Source of the DNA: Bdellovibrionota bacterium
GTDB taxonomy: Bacteria; Bdellovibrionota_C; UBA2361; JBGSMV01
DNA length: 47,356 nt
Assembly: GCA_044356455.1 (NCBI GenBank)
Contig: JBIKWF010000022.1
Span: 1 to 47,356, forward strand
Direction of reading: 5' to 3'
Under the pieces are notes generated by a model. The model made no database searches. It had not been told where the DNA came from and saw nothing but the letters and a program-made list of their open reading frames with translations. Positions 19,543 to 29,204 of this stretch are shown piece by piece. The translations under genes were made by a program, and so were the position numbers. Numbering within the stretch: the stretch's first letter is position 1; every line of letters begins with the position of its first letter.

Positions 19543-21957
19543 TTGCCTGAAACACGAAAGCCAAAGACAGAACAATACGAGGTAGTACCCGATAGGTTGC
19601 CGGTCCCCATGACGAACTTCAAGCGTTATTTTGTTGATCCGCTTCTCGCTCTCAATGCCTACTGCATGGCTAAGCCCTGGAACGTCCTCTTGCTTCTTAC
19701 CATCCTCGCTATCCTGCCTCAGATGCTCCCCGTCCTTGTGTCACGCGAACTCACTGGTTGGGACACCCACGGGCATCTGTACATGACCGAATTAATGGGG
19801 CGTTTTCTTCGCGAGGGAAAAACCTCTGGCTATGTGCTTTCGTGGGAGGGCGGCTTTCCTGCTTTTTCGCTCTATCCTCCCCTTTTCTTCATGGTAACCA
19901 GCGCCCCTTCAGTTCTGCTCGCACCATGGCTCAGCGTAAGTGCATGCTACCATGCAATGGTTTTCGTGCTGCCGCTGGCACTTACGGCTGCTCTTTGGGG
20001 ATATGGCAGGTCCTGCTTACCTGAAAGGGCGTGGTGGGGAGTGCCCGTGGCGACCTTGCTCTACTTCATTCTTCCGGGACTTGGCGCCTATGGTGTGGGC
20101 CTTGAATCCCTCATCTCTGCCGGCCTTGTTCCTAGCTTCTTTGCGCTCGTTCTCTTTACGTTTTTTGCATGGTCGATTGAGAGTCTCGTTAAGTCCCCAG
20201 GCGTAAAAGGACTTATCGTCGCAGGCATCATGTTAGGAGCGATATTCCTTTCCCATACCCTTACCACGGTTTTTTCTCTGCTCTACCTCGCGGTAACCGC
20301 AATTCTAGGGAATCGCGCGACCCGCCGCTCTCTTGTCGGGGTGGTCCTGATCGCACTTGTGGTTGGTTCTTGGTGGCTCATTCCTTTTGTAAAGAACCTT
20401 CCTTACAGTTCTGGTGAAGCAATTGTCGATAACAATGCACTCAGTCCCCTATCAATCTTCTTTCCCATAGGTCCTGCAGATTCTCGAATGATCACCACAG
20501 GAGCTCTTGAGCGAGAACTTTTGAACTTTGAACAGCCGGCGACCCGATTGCTCAGCGCTCAAAGCGCCCTTGGCATTTTCTTTCTTTTAACCGTGACCGC
20601 AGGGATTGCGGCACGCCTTATGCGCCATGAGTACCGGCTGCCACTTGTATTTCTGCTTGGTGTCGCTTTGGTTCCGGGAGGATTCATTCTGAGCACGCTA
20701 GGCCTCCCCCTGCATGCCTACCGCTTTAGCGCCTGCTTGTGGATGGTGGAGATTCTTCTTTGCGCCGAAGGGCTCTCAGCTCTGGCGGGCAACCTGCCGA
20801 GTCGCAGATCTGCAGTGGTCATCGGTATCGGATTTCTGATTGGAGCCTTTGGTTGCATTCGAGCGTGGAATCATTTTGGGACGCTCGTCCGCAATAAAAG
20901 CCTTTTTGTCTACCGCGTGGAGGAGCGACCTGGGTTCGCCTCAGCAGAGGGACTTTTACAGTTTCTTTCAAATAATCGGCCACAAGGGAGAATCGCGGTT
21001 GAAAGCGATATGCGCTCCTTAAGGATATTTGGGAGTCCCCACTGGCTTCTGACCGAAATACCTCGGCGGCTCAACATCCCAACCGTGCCAGGGGTCTACG
21101 CCGAAAGCAGTCTTGCCGCGCCCTTTATTACACCAACGCTCGCAAACCTTGGAAACCAATTGGTGTGGGGAGCTCCCGAACTCGCGAGGCGCGGGAGCTT
21201 CATGCGGCAAACAAGACGCAGCATGATTGCGCGATTAAAGCTCTTCTCTGTTGAAATGATCGTCGCAACGTCAGGCAAAATGAGAAGAAATCTAAATCGA
21301 ATGAAGCGATTTGGAGTCCAAAGCCTGTACGAAAACTCCGACCTCTCGCTCTACTCACTGGGTGCTCCCCTCCCGCCACTTCAAACCTTTAGCTCAAAGC
21401 CCTTTTTGGTGATTGACCAGGGCGGATTATCCTTTCGCTCTCTCACAAAATTGCTCTATGCCTCTCCCGATCTCTTTGACATTCCGCTGATTGATGGTGG
21501 CGCAAGAAGCGATTCACTACCACGTGAGCTGCAATCTCAACTTTCAGGAGTGCTCGTCAGCTGCAGCCGAAGTAGCAAGCTAACCGAACAAGACCTCAAA
21601 TCCTGGCAAGAACTGGGACCACTTATTCTTATTAACTGCCCCAAGGCAGCTCTTCCACAACCAGCACCAGAGGGCCTCATCCTCGTCCCCTACCTCTTTC
21701 GCGAATACCATGTAGACATGCTTTCCAAAGTGCTCCGGTCCCACTTGGCAAAGGCCCCTCCCGAATGGAGAGCGCAGGCAGAAATGCGAGATGACGAGCA
21801 CATTACTGGGTCTTCGATCGGGCCAGTCCTGGTGCGAAGAAACGCCGCGCGCTGCTGGAAAGAGAAGCAAAGATTCCCTGGCGCCTTGTTCAAGTCGAAC
21901 CCATCTTTTATGGCTGTCATGGGCACAGGCAACTTCGAGTTAGAGTATCGCTGCTGA
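19543..21957 (+). CDS. Polytopic membrane protein, PTPS-related/GT-C glycosyltransferase-like
   Basis: GWDTHGH..WEGGFPAFSLYPPL in the first external loop, about 11-13 TM helices, large soluble C-terminal domain. Start may be ATG 19609. Confidence 0.78.
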   Translation: MPETRKPKTEQYEVVPDRLPVPMTNFKRYFVDPLLALNAYCMAKPWNVLLLLTILAILPQMLPVLVSRELTGWDTHGHLYMTELMGRFLREGKTSGYVLSWEGGFPAFSLYPPLFFMVTSAPSVLLAPWLSVSACYHAMVFVLPLALTAALWGYGRSCLPERAWWGVPVATLLYFILPGLGAYGVGLESLISAGLVPSFFALVLFTFFAWSIESLVKSPGVKGLIVAGIMLGAIFLSHTLTTVFSLLYLAVTAILGNRATRRSLVGVVLIALVVGSWWLIPFVKNLPYSSGEAIVDNNALSPLSIFFPIGPADSRMITTGALERELLNFEQPATRLLSAQSALGIFFLLTVTAGIAARLMRHEYRLPLVFLLGVALVPGGFILSTLGLPLHAYRFSACLWMVEILLCAEGLSALAGNLPSRRSAVVIGIGFLIGAFGCIRAWNHFGTLVRNKSLFVYRVEERPGFASAEGLLQFLSNNRPQGRIAVESDMRSLRIFGSPHWLLTEIPRRLNIPTVPGVYAESSLAAPFITPTLANLGNQLVWGAPELARRGSFMRQTRRSMIARLKLFSVEMIVATSGKMRRNLNRMKRFGVQSLYENSDLSLYSLGAPLPPLQTFSSKPFLVIDQGGLSFRSLTKLLYASPDLFDIPLIDGGARSDSLPRELQSQLSGVLVSCSRSSKLTEQDLKSWQELGPLILINCPKAALPQPAPEGLILVPYLFREYHVDMLSKVLRSHLAKAPPEWRAQAEMRDDEHITGSSIGPVLVRRNAARCWKEKQRFPGALFKSNPSFMAVMGTGNFELEYRC

Positions 21958-22141
21958 TGATAGCGAACCGTCTTTAAATAAAAATCAGTCGCCATTGATT
22001 TCTTGAGTAATTTTCGTGAGTTGCCCATCCCGATAGCACTTCCCCCTAAGTAAGACTACGCAAGTTAGGAAACAGGATTTCCTAGACCCTCATAACTCTA
22101 AGCAAGGTTCAGCACGCTGGGTTTTAGTCGGAGGTTGGGGT

Positions 22142-23392
22142 ATGTTTAGTCGCGCTAGAAAGTCTCTTCGATTTCTCTCTTTCTTGGGGACGCTTTCCTT
22201 TATCGTTCTCACCTCTCACTTTGCACATGCACAATCGAGCGGTATCTCAGGAGCGAGCGGCTCTGGCTCAACCGGAATGGACTATTACGGCGGCGGAACC
22301 ATGTGCGGAATCAGCGATGGGTCAGGTCTTGATTTTGGCCCCTGCGGCCCTGGTGAGCGCTGCGTTCCCTTCATAATTCCCTCAGGTGGCATGGGCGGCG
22401 TGTGCGAGCCTTGCGCAGATGCAACGTGCGGCTGCAGCGCGAGTGAATTTGCGTGCGGCACAAGCTGCTGCTCCATGGGTGCTACTTGCTATAACGGTGC
22501 CTGCGTAGGGGGATCTTCGAGCAGCTCCTCTTCTGCATCATCTTCATCGGCTTCATCCTCATCTGCGTCGTCTTCATCTGTATCATCTTCATCTGAATCG
22601 AGTAGCTCGATTTCAAGCAGCTCTGCTTCAAGCAGTTCCGTATCAAGCAGCTCGGAATCAAGTAGCTCGATATCATCAAGTTCCAGCAGCTCTTCGGCAG
22701 AGTCGAGCACTTCATCCTCTTCCATCAGCTCAAGCAGTTCGTCAGAGTCGAGCAGCTCGAGTTCTTCAAGCTCCAGCGCTTCGAGCAATAGTAGTTCTCA
22801 ATCATCGTCAAGCTCTCTCTCTTCGAGCGCTTCCAGTGAGTCGAGCGTTGCTAGTTCTTCAAGCTCGTCCTCAACAGGGTCTACCTCATCATCGAGTAGC
22901 TCGTCGTCCTTACCTCCCGGTTGCGAACCTCAGGTAATAACGACCCAGAAGGATGCCCTTGAGATTGGACCTGAGCTTCTTAAGAACAAGGCTTTGGCTA
23001 CGTTGAAACGCCTAGTGAAATTTTCGACTTCACGCGCTATTCGCAAACAGTTGTCCGAGGACTCCAAGCGTTCCGCGAAAAAGATGGAGAAATTCATCTT
23101 GGAAGCTATCGTGAGCCTGCAGCAGCTACCTGACATACAAGTAGTGTGCAATTCGGAGCAGTATTGCGCGCTGGTCGACAATACCTCTGCCATAAAGCAG
23201 CATATCCGAGCGCTTGAGAAGTTACGAAACCAGATTATTCGCACCTTAAATCGAAGCACACGCTTGGCTTATCCGACGGTAGCCCAAGCTCAGGCTGCGA
23301 CGAAGAAGTATGGCCGCGAGGTAAAGCGTTACACCAAGGGACTTGTCACCAAGGCCAAAGCTCTACCTCAAGTGCGCTATCAGTGCAGCTAG
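22142..23392 (+). CDS. Secreted protein: Cys-rich domain, ~130-aa poly-Ser linker, duplicated basic helical C-terminal domain
   Basis: GGAGG RBS; signal peptide ending AHA; 12 Cys in 22304-22504; Ser tract about 22514-22910. Confidence 0.85.
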   Translation: MFSRARKSLRFLSFLGTLSFIVLTSHFAHAQSSGISGASGSGSTGMDYYGGGTMCGISDGSGLDFGPCGPGERCVPFIIPSGGMGGVCEPCADATCGCSASEFACGTSCCSMGATCYNGACVGGSSSSSSSASSSSASSSSASSSSVSSSSESSSSISSSSASSSSVSSSSESSSSISSSSSSSSAESSTSSSSISSSSSSESSSSSSSSSSASSNSSSQSSSSSLSSSASSESSVASSSSSSSTGSTSSSSSSSSLPPGCEPQVITTQKDALEIGPELLKNKALATLKRLVKFSTSRAIRKQLSEDSKRSAKKMEKFILEAIVSLQQLPDIQVVCNSEQYCALVDNTSAIKQHIRALEKLRNQIIRTLNRSTRLAYPTVAQAQAATKKYGREVKRYTKGLVTKAKALPQVRYQCS

Positions 23393-23436
23393 GAGTGCGT
23401 CCCGTAGAAACGTTAATGTTCGTTTAGGACATATTC
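23393..23436. mobile_element. MITE family A, module A alone
   Basis: CTAG-gagtgcgtcccgtagaaac...ggacatattc-CTAA; the CTAG includes the upstream gene's TAG stop. Confidence 0.6.
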
Positions 23437-23546
23437 CTAAAGAAGCGCTCCTTCGCCTTCTTAGTTTTGGCGGTCTTAGTGGTTTGTAAAAACAACCACT
23501 AAGACCACAGAGAGCACGAAGCAGGGGTTCTCCCGGTACGACCTAG

Positions 23547-23655
23547 GAGTGTGTCCCGTAGAAACATAAATCCTCATTTTGGACACAATCCGTAGGGGGG
23601 CTGTCCCGTTGCCACCACAACATGTAGTGGTAGAATTTTTCTACGGGACAGACTC
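23547..23655. mobile_element. MITE family A, full A+B form
   Basis: CTAG-gagtgtgtcccgtagaaa ... tttctacgggacagactc-CTAG; near-perfect TIRs flanked by a 4-bp direct repeat. Confidence 0.8.
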
Positions 23656-23742
23656 CTAGGGAACTACAGAAAAAGCGATTGGGACTCGGGCTCTCAAAGG
23701 CCCCCTCGCAGATCATGCGCCATTCACTTATACTACTCGGGA

Positions 23743-24435
23743 GTGAATACGAGCTTACGAAACCTTCTCCTTTTTGTCGCAGCAGTGCTGCCCTTTGTCG
23801 CCTCGCTGCTGTACTTCGTACTCTTGGCTGGCACACCTCTCGCCCAGCTTATCTATTCAGGAACTAAGATATTTACTCTTATCTGGCCAATCGCCTTCTA
23901 TCGCCTGCTCGTAAAAGAAGCGCCTCCCCGCTTTCCGCTTTCCCACAACTTGAAAAACTCACTCTTTTGGGGCGTAGGCTCGGGCCTCGCTCTTGTTGCT
24001 GTACTGCTATTACTATTAGCCACTCCACTGGGAGACGTGATTCACGCCTCAGCACCTCAAGTTCGAGCGAAAGCGGAATCCCTTGGGATATTAGATTACT
24101 ACATTCCTTTCGCTCTTTTCCTTGCCCTGCTTCACTCTCTGCTTGAGGAGTATTATTGGCGTTGGTTTCTCTTTGGCGAACTTCGCAGGACTCTTGGCGA
24201 GCGGCCTCTCACTCATGGACTTGCTGCCCTTGCCTTCGCCGCCCATCACATCGTGGTTACAACCCAGTTTTTTCCCTTTACGTACGGACTGGTTTTTGGC
24301 CTCGCGGTAGGAGTTGGGGGCGGTCTTTGGAGCATGTTGTATAGCAAACAAGGAAGCCTTCTAAGCGCCTGGATTTCGCATGCCATTGTGGACCTTGGGA
24401 TTCTTGCGGTGGGCTACACTTTACTGTTTCCCTAA
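23743..24435 (+). CDS. CPBP (Abi/CAAX type II) family intramembrane glutamic endopeptidase
   Basis: EEYYWR, FAAHH and SHAIVD motifs; multiple TM helices. Confidence 0.9.
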   Translation: MNTSLRNLLLFVAAVLPFVASLLYFVLLAGTPLAQLIYSGTKIFTLIWPIAFYRLLVKEAPPRFPLSHNLKNSLFWGVGSGLALVAVLLLLLATPLGDVIHASAPQVRAKAESLGILDYYIPFALFLALLHSLLEEYYWRWFLFGELRRTLGERPLTHGLAALAFAAHHIVVTTQFFPFTYGLVFGLAVGVGGGLWSMLYSKQGSLLSAWISHAIVDLGILAVGYTLLFP

Positions 24436-24487
24436 GCCCATAACTCTCCCTTGAACCGCAGCGTTCGTGGTTTTTCTTTTTTATTTT

Positions 24488-24660
24488 ACCGCAGGGGACG
24501 CGGAGGACGCAGGGGGGGGAATCGTTTGCGATTCTTACATAAACTACCTGCAGCTCCTGCTGGGCGGAAACTTTAGACGCACATGGAGGAACTGACCACC
24601 GGCCCACTAATCTCATTAAGTTCTAAATCCATACCCTGCGTCCTCCGCGTCCCCTGCGGT
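24488..24660. repeat. 27-bp perfect inverted repeat around a 119-bp spacer
   Basis: accgcaggggacgcggaggacgcaggg (24488-24514) / exact reverse complement (24634-24660). Confidence 0.85.
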
Positions 24661-24830
24661 GAAAAATAACATTCCCCAATTAATCTAGGAATCACGACGA
24701 AAGTTGCTTACTTTAGTTGCAGGGGCTACCACCCAAGGGGAGCCGTCAATCCGACCAGCAGCTCCCTGCGGTCTTCTGTGTGGCGTATGCCGTGACCAAA
24801 TAAGGATCTTAGCCAGCTCACGCTCTGGGA

Positions 24831-27248
24831 GTGCCTGTTTTGGCCCAGAATCCTTTCTCCAAATCTGGTGCCGTGCTAAGTAATCGCCTTGTGGTTTCAG
24901 CACCTTATCAATTTGGATCAGAACCTGTGGCTGCCCCCTCTACGCCTGAGGAAACCTCTGGGTCGCCTTGCCCTACTGGAAGCGTCTCAGAACCCGCGCA
25001 ATCGATCGGTCACCTACTTTCCGCGGCCCTGACCATTGTCCTCTTAGGGATCATCGCGAGCACGATGCGCCTGTGGCAAGCGAATGGCCCCCTGCTTCTG
25101 CCGTCCGGAACTTACGCGCTTCTACCCGCATTCGTCTTGGCCCTCTGGGCTCTTATTCTGGCATTCCGAACCAAGACCAAACTGGCATTCTCCGAGGTAA
25201 GGATAACCCCACAAGGATCGGCGTTAGGTATCGCAGTCCTCTTTGTGAGCGATTGGTTCGAGAGAAGTTATAACTTCTTTCCTTCGCCATTTGTTCGAGG
25301 AGAAATCTTACTGCTTGGCTGCTCCTTTCTATTTCTGCCGTCTTTGTGGCGCGAGCGGGTGCTGCGTGCCCTTTTGCCAATTGCTGCGCTAGGACTTGCG
25401 GCGACTTTTATAGCGGAAAGTGACGGTCGTTTACTCTTTTCGGACGATCACCCCTCTTTCTTCTTTCGCTTGAGCATGCTCAAGGAAAGGTTCCCCTGGA
25501 TTCCCTTTTATTACCCCTATTGGAATGCGGGGCTAGACGCGCGAGATTTTTTTGCTACCGGATCATTAAGTGGCTTTTTACTCTTTGCCCCACTCATTTA
25601 TCTTTTCGACCTACGAGACACCTACAACCTTATCATTGCGCTCATTCTCTTTGGGCTTTTGCCTTTGTCGGTCTATGCAACTGCCGCCCTTGAAGGTTGG
25701 GATAAAACTGGACGTGCAATAGCGGGCCTTCTCGCTCTTTGCTGCGGCCTCGTCTGGTATCGCTGGGCTCTCAAGTACGGCACCACAGGCTTTATCATAT
25801 CGACCGCGCTTGTCCCTCTGAACCTCGCCCTCGCAGCGCAACTTCTCCGTGTCCAGCCTATAATCTCATACTCGAAAGTCTTTCTCTTTGTCGTTACCAC
25901 GACCTTGATGTTGCTGTGGTCGGCGTCCGCGCTCGTGTTCCTGCCTCTCGCCGTGTTCATCCTTTGCTCCATACTTTTCCGAATTGCCAAGGGAATACGT
26001 CCTATCATTCAGCGCCGCACCTTGCTCGCGGCGATTTTACTTTTCGCCTTAAATGCTCCATGGATGACTATCTTTTGGTCAGTTTCGAATGTAGGACGCT
26101 TTTTGTCCCGAGACTCAAGTACCTCAAGCCAAGTAGTGAGTGCTGCCACCTTACTTGGTCCCGGAAGCGCCGATACACCATCCTCTCTGCAGCAGCCCCT
26201 ACCTCAAGCTGGTGAACACCGAGGCTTTCGGCACCGAGATGGCGCTCTTGATCTCGGTAAAAGCTTAAACGTGGTGCGAGAAAAGTCATTTTCAACAAAT
26301 CCTCTTATCTTATTCTTTGCCCTTCCAGGGTTATTTTTTCTTAACCCCCGATCCCGAATCTTGGTAGTTGCCACAGGAATCTGGCTCTTGTTCCTTGGAT
26401 CCGTCATGGTGCCTCTCAAGCCGCAGCTTGAGCTTGACCGCATGTTACTTATTCTCACTATGGTAGGCGCGGTGCCTGCCGCAGCAGCGCTCCGAGATCT
26501 GCTCCTCACCACCACCTCTCTTCCGAAAGCTCCGGCTGCCTTGCTCAAAGGAGTCGCCGCGGGAGTGCTTCTTGCCTCTCCCTTTTGTTCTGCGGCAATT
26601 CTCGCGAATAGAACCGTTGAGCAGTACCACTTTGCAGATTCCTTACTACCAAACCTCGCTGAAGCAATTCGAACGTTAGGAGGCGCGGGACGGACAGTAT
26701 TCTCAGGCTGCATTGTTCACGAGCTTGAGGAAGGACACGTCGCACCACTTACCTTACTGAGCGGCAAGGAATTGGTGGCATCAGCACCTTTTCATACCCT
26801 GTGGAAGTACACTCAAGTTATTCCTAAAAGTTTTATCGAACGCGGCGATACAGGAATCGAAGAATACCTATCACTTATGAATGCAACTTCTGTCGTTGCC
26901 CACGAACGAGAGTGGCGGGACTACTTCACTTCCCGGCCAGAAAAGTACAACCTCGTATGGCGCGAAGACAGGTTCTCGCTCTTTGAGCGTAAGGGATTCC
27001 AAAGCTCTATTTTTCTTGAAGGAACTGGCAGGTTAGTGGAACGAACTACCCATTCACTTCGCCTTCAAATCAACAGCTCCGAGGCGACCCTCAAGTATAA
27101 CTATTTTCCTTTTCTTATATCCTCGCACTGCCAGATTGCGCCGGCACAAGTTGCGCCCGAAATTCAGTTTATTAAGCTTTTAGACTGCTCTCCTGGTGAG
27201 GAGATAACTATCGAAGCCACCTCACCCCTGAGGAGGACTTTGGGATGA
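24831..27248 (+). CDS. Polytopic membrane protein, GT-C/PTPS-related-like
   Basis: FSDDHPSF..YYPYWNAG loop motif resembling that of 19543-21957; many TMs; soluble C-terminal domain. Start uncertain. Confidence 0.75.
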   Translation: MPVLAQNPFSKSGAVLSNRLVVSAPYQFGSEPVAAPSTPEETSGSPCPTGSVSEPAQSIGHLLSAALTIVLLGIIASTMRLWQANGPLLLPSGTYALLPAFVLALWALILAFRTKTKLAFSEVRITPQGSALGIAVLFVSDWFERSYNFFPSPFVRGEILLLGCSFLFLPSLWRERVLRALLPIAALGLAATFIAESDGRLLFSDDHPSFFFRLSMLKERFPWIPFYYPYWNAGLDARDFFATGSLSGFLLFAPLIYLFDLRDTYNLIIALILFGLLPLSVYATAALEGWDKTGRAIAGLLALCCGLVWYRWALKYGTTGFIISTALVPLNLALAAQLLRVQPIISYSKVFLFVVTTTLMLLWSASALVFLPLAVFILCSILFRIAKGIRPIIQRRTLLAAILLFALNAPWMTIFWSVSNVGRFLSRDSSTSSQVVSAATLLGPGSADTPSSLQQPLPQAGEHRGFRHRDGALDLGKSLNVVREKSFSTNPLILFFALPGLFFLNPRSRILVVATGIWLLFLGSVMVPLKPQLELDRMLLILTMVGAVPAAAALRDLLLTTTSLPKAPAALLKGVAAGVLLASPFCSAAILANRTVEQYHFADSLLPNLAEAIRTLGGAGRTVFSGCIVHELEEGHVAPLTLLSGKELVASAPFHTLWKYTQVIPKSFIERGDTGIEEYLSLMNATSVVAHEREWRDYFTSRPEKYNLVWREDRFSLFERKGFQSSIFLEGTGRLVERTTHSLRLQINSSEATLKYNYFPFLISSHCQIAPAQVAPEIQFIKLLDCSPGEEITIEATSPLRRTLG

Positions 27249-29074
27249 CCACCTCAAAAATATTCGCCTGGTCTTCAATCGGCATGAGTATCATTGGGGC
27301 CCTGATTCTTTGCCTTACTGTGAGTGTGCTGCCACCGCCCGCAGAACTTCAATTTAGCAGCCCTGCATGCACTCTAAGCTCAGGCTCGTGGTGCACCATG
27401 AGTGAACCTGCTACCAATGCATTCTACTTGTGGAAAGTATCCCCCCTGACGCTCCTTGCTCCTTCCGGAATCTCTTTTGAGCTTTTTGAGCGCGTGCTTA
27501 ATAGCCTGATACTTTTCTCAGGTCTGATATTTTTTCTCTTGTTCCTCCCCCGAGTATCCGCAAAAGGCACGGCACTTCGCGTCCTGATGGCAGTTTTAGG
27601 GACCTTTTTTGTTCTGCAGGTGCTGAGTGGTGACCGGGTTGCACTCTCTTCAATTGCGTGGCTTCCCTGGTTATTAGGCGCAGTTGAAAACAATCGCAGG
27701 CAGCGCACTCTTCTTCGAGGCAGTCTCCCACTTATCGCGTGCGGTATACTTGTCGCTTTAAGCGCAAATCAACTTACTCCTCTCGTCCTTGGCGCGTCGC
27801 TCCTTATCCACGTGGTGCTCAAAGAGTTTTTTGCGGCACAAGATTCAAGCCGAGAGAACTCACCTTGCGTCCATGTGCCGCCACTTGCCTTATTTATAGC
27901 CCTCAGCGCGGCAGCACTGTACTCGGTCCCCGAGTTTGCCATTCCTTGGTACCCCCAAGGTTCTCAAGTCGTACCTGACGACGAAATCCCTGGCATGCTC
28001 AGGCCCTTCGTTGGTCCTCTACCCCCCATTCCCTTTATTCACCGGCTTGCAGTCAAAGACTTCTTCGTTCCGACATTTCAGCTTCTAATTGTTGCGGTGG
28101 CTCTTTCCGCGCTCGCCTATCATCGCCGTGGACGAGAGCGCAGTGCGGTGATGCTCTTGGGAGGCATGCCTCTCGTGCTGCTCTTTGTAGACCTGAGGAT
28201 GCCGGAGCAGCTAAGCATCATTTCTCCCCTCTTAGTGATTCCAAGGCTCCTTCCCCATCTTTTCTTCTTTCCGCTTGAGAATCTTGCCCTAGGGATCGGC
28301 GCGCTCGGGCTTATTTTTTCATTGTTGCTCCGAACCTCCTATATATCCCCAGGGATTGTAGGCGCGCTTTGCCTGGTGCAGCCTCTCGTTTTCCCCCTCC
28401 CAAGTCAGATGAGCCCAGAGCAGCAAAGCGCTTCTCGAAGTGGTTGGTCAAGTTCCGAACGTTACGAGCGCCACCTCGAACTTCTTAGCTCCCCCTCCCA
28501 ATTCCTATTGAGTGCGATGAAATGGGACGCGCTGGGCAAGAATAGAAATTGGCTCCTTGAGCGAGAAAACTTGATTCGTACTGCGAAATTTAAAACTCTC
28601 TCACCCGAAGAAGTGGCAATATCTGCATCTCATGAATCCGATATGATTCCCCAGCTTTTTAGCAAACGAGATGATGCGCGCTGGACTCCTGGGCAAGGAT
28701 CGCAGCAAGGGGACGAATGGTTACTTCTACGATTTCCGACAGAGCAGGAGCTAGATGGTATCGAACTGTTCCTTGGGCCGTATGTCACTGACTTTCCCCG
28801 CGGCCTCCGTATTAGCCAAGCACCTGGTTGTGAGGTTCCTCCTTCGCACTCTTCTTTCTCGGAAGTCCTGAATATCCCAACCTGGCTCGGCGGTATCGAG
28901 TTTACGCCCCAAGGACGCCCCTATTTTAAAGGCCGATACTCGATGAAGGTTTACTTCCCGAAAACAATCACCGCGAACTGCCTCCTCCTTGAGCAAACAG
29001 GTTCAAGCGCGGGTACCGACTGGTCTGTGTCAGAAATTCGAGTTCTTCCCCCCGACCCTGGCAGCGCTGACTAA
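27245..29074 (+). CDS. Membrane protein (YfhO/GT-C-like) with C-terminal discoidin (F5/8 type C, CBM32-like) domain
   Basis: ATGA overlap with the upstream gene; IAWLPWLL; RWT..QQGDEWLLLRF..DFPRG..WSVSEIRV. Confidence 0.75.
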   Translation: MTTSKIFAWSSIGMSIIGALILCLTVSVLPPPAELQFSSPACTLSSGSWCTMSEPATNAFYLWKVSPLTLLAPSGISFELFERVLNSLILFSGLIFFLLFLPRVSAKGTALRVLMAVLGTFFVLQVLSGDRVALSSIAWLPWLLGAVENNRRQRTLLRGSLPLIACGILVALSANQLTPLVLGASLLIHVVLKEFFAAQDSSRENSPCVHVPPLALFIALSAAALYSVPEFAIPWYPQGSQVVPDDEIPGMLRPFVGPLPPIPFIHRLAVKDFFVPTFQLLIVAVALSALAYHRRGRERSAVMLLGGMPLVLLFVDLRMPEQLSIISPLLVIPRLLPHLFFFPLENLALGIGALGLIFSLLLRTSYISPGIVGALCLVQPLVFPLPSQMSPEQQSASRSGWSSSERYERHLELLSSPSQFLLSAMKWDALGKNRNWLLERENLIRTAKFKTLSPEEVAISASHESDMIPQLFSKRDDARWTPGQGSQQGDEWLLLRFPTEQELDGIELFLGPYVTDFPRGLRISQAPGCEVPPSHSSFSEVLNIPTWLGGIEFTPQGRPYFKGRYSMKVYFPKTITANCLLLEQTGSSAGTDWSVSEIRVLPPDPGSAD

Positions 29075-29135
29075 TCTTCTCAGCTCTGCATGCGGATCCG
29101 AGCTGCGCGACTGCGCTGCGTCTCGTTTCTCCTAG

Positions 29136-29194
29136 GAGTCTGTCCCGTAGAAAATTTTCACCACTACATGTTGTGGTGGTAACGGGAAACACTC
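29136..29194. mobile_element. MITE family A, module B alone (inverted)
   Basis: CTAG-gagtctgtcccgtagaaaa...aacgggaaacactc-CTAG; matches the reverse complement of about 23600-23655. Confidence 0.75.
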
Positions 29195-29204
29195 CTAGCC
29201 TTAC

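Noticed and set aside
22489..22788. Acidic Glu/Leu/Asp-rich ORF on the minus strand
   Set aside because: It is the antisense shadow of the poly-Ser codons.
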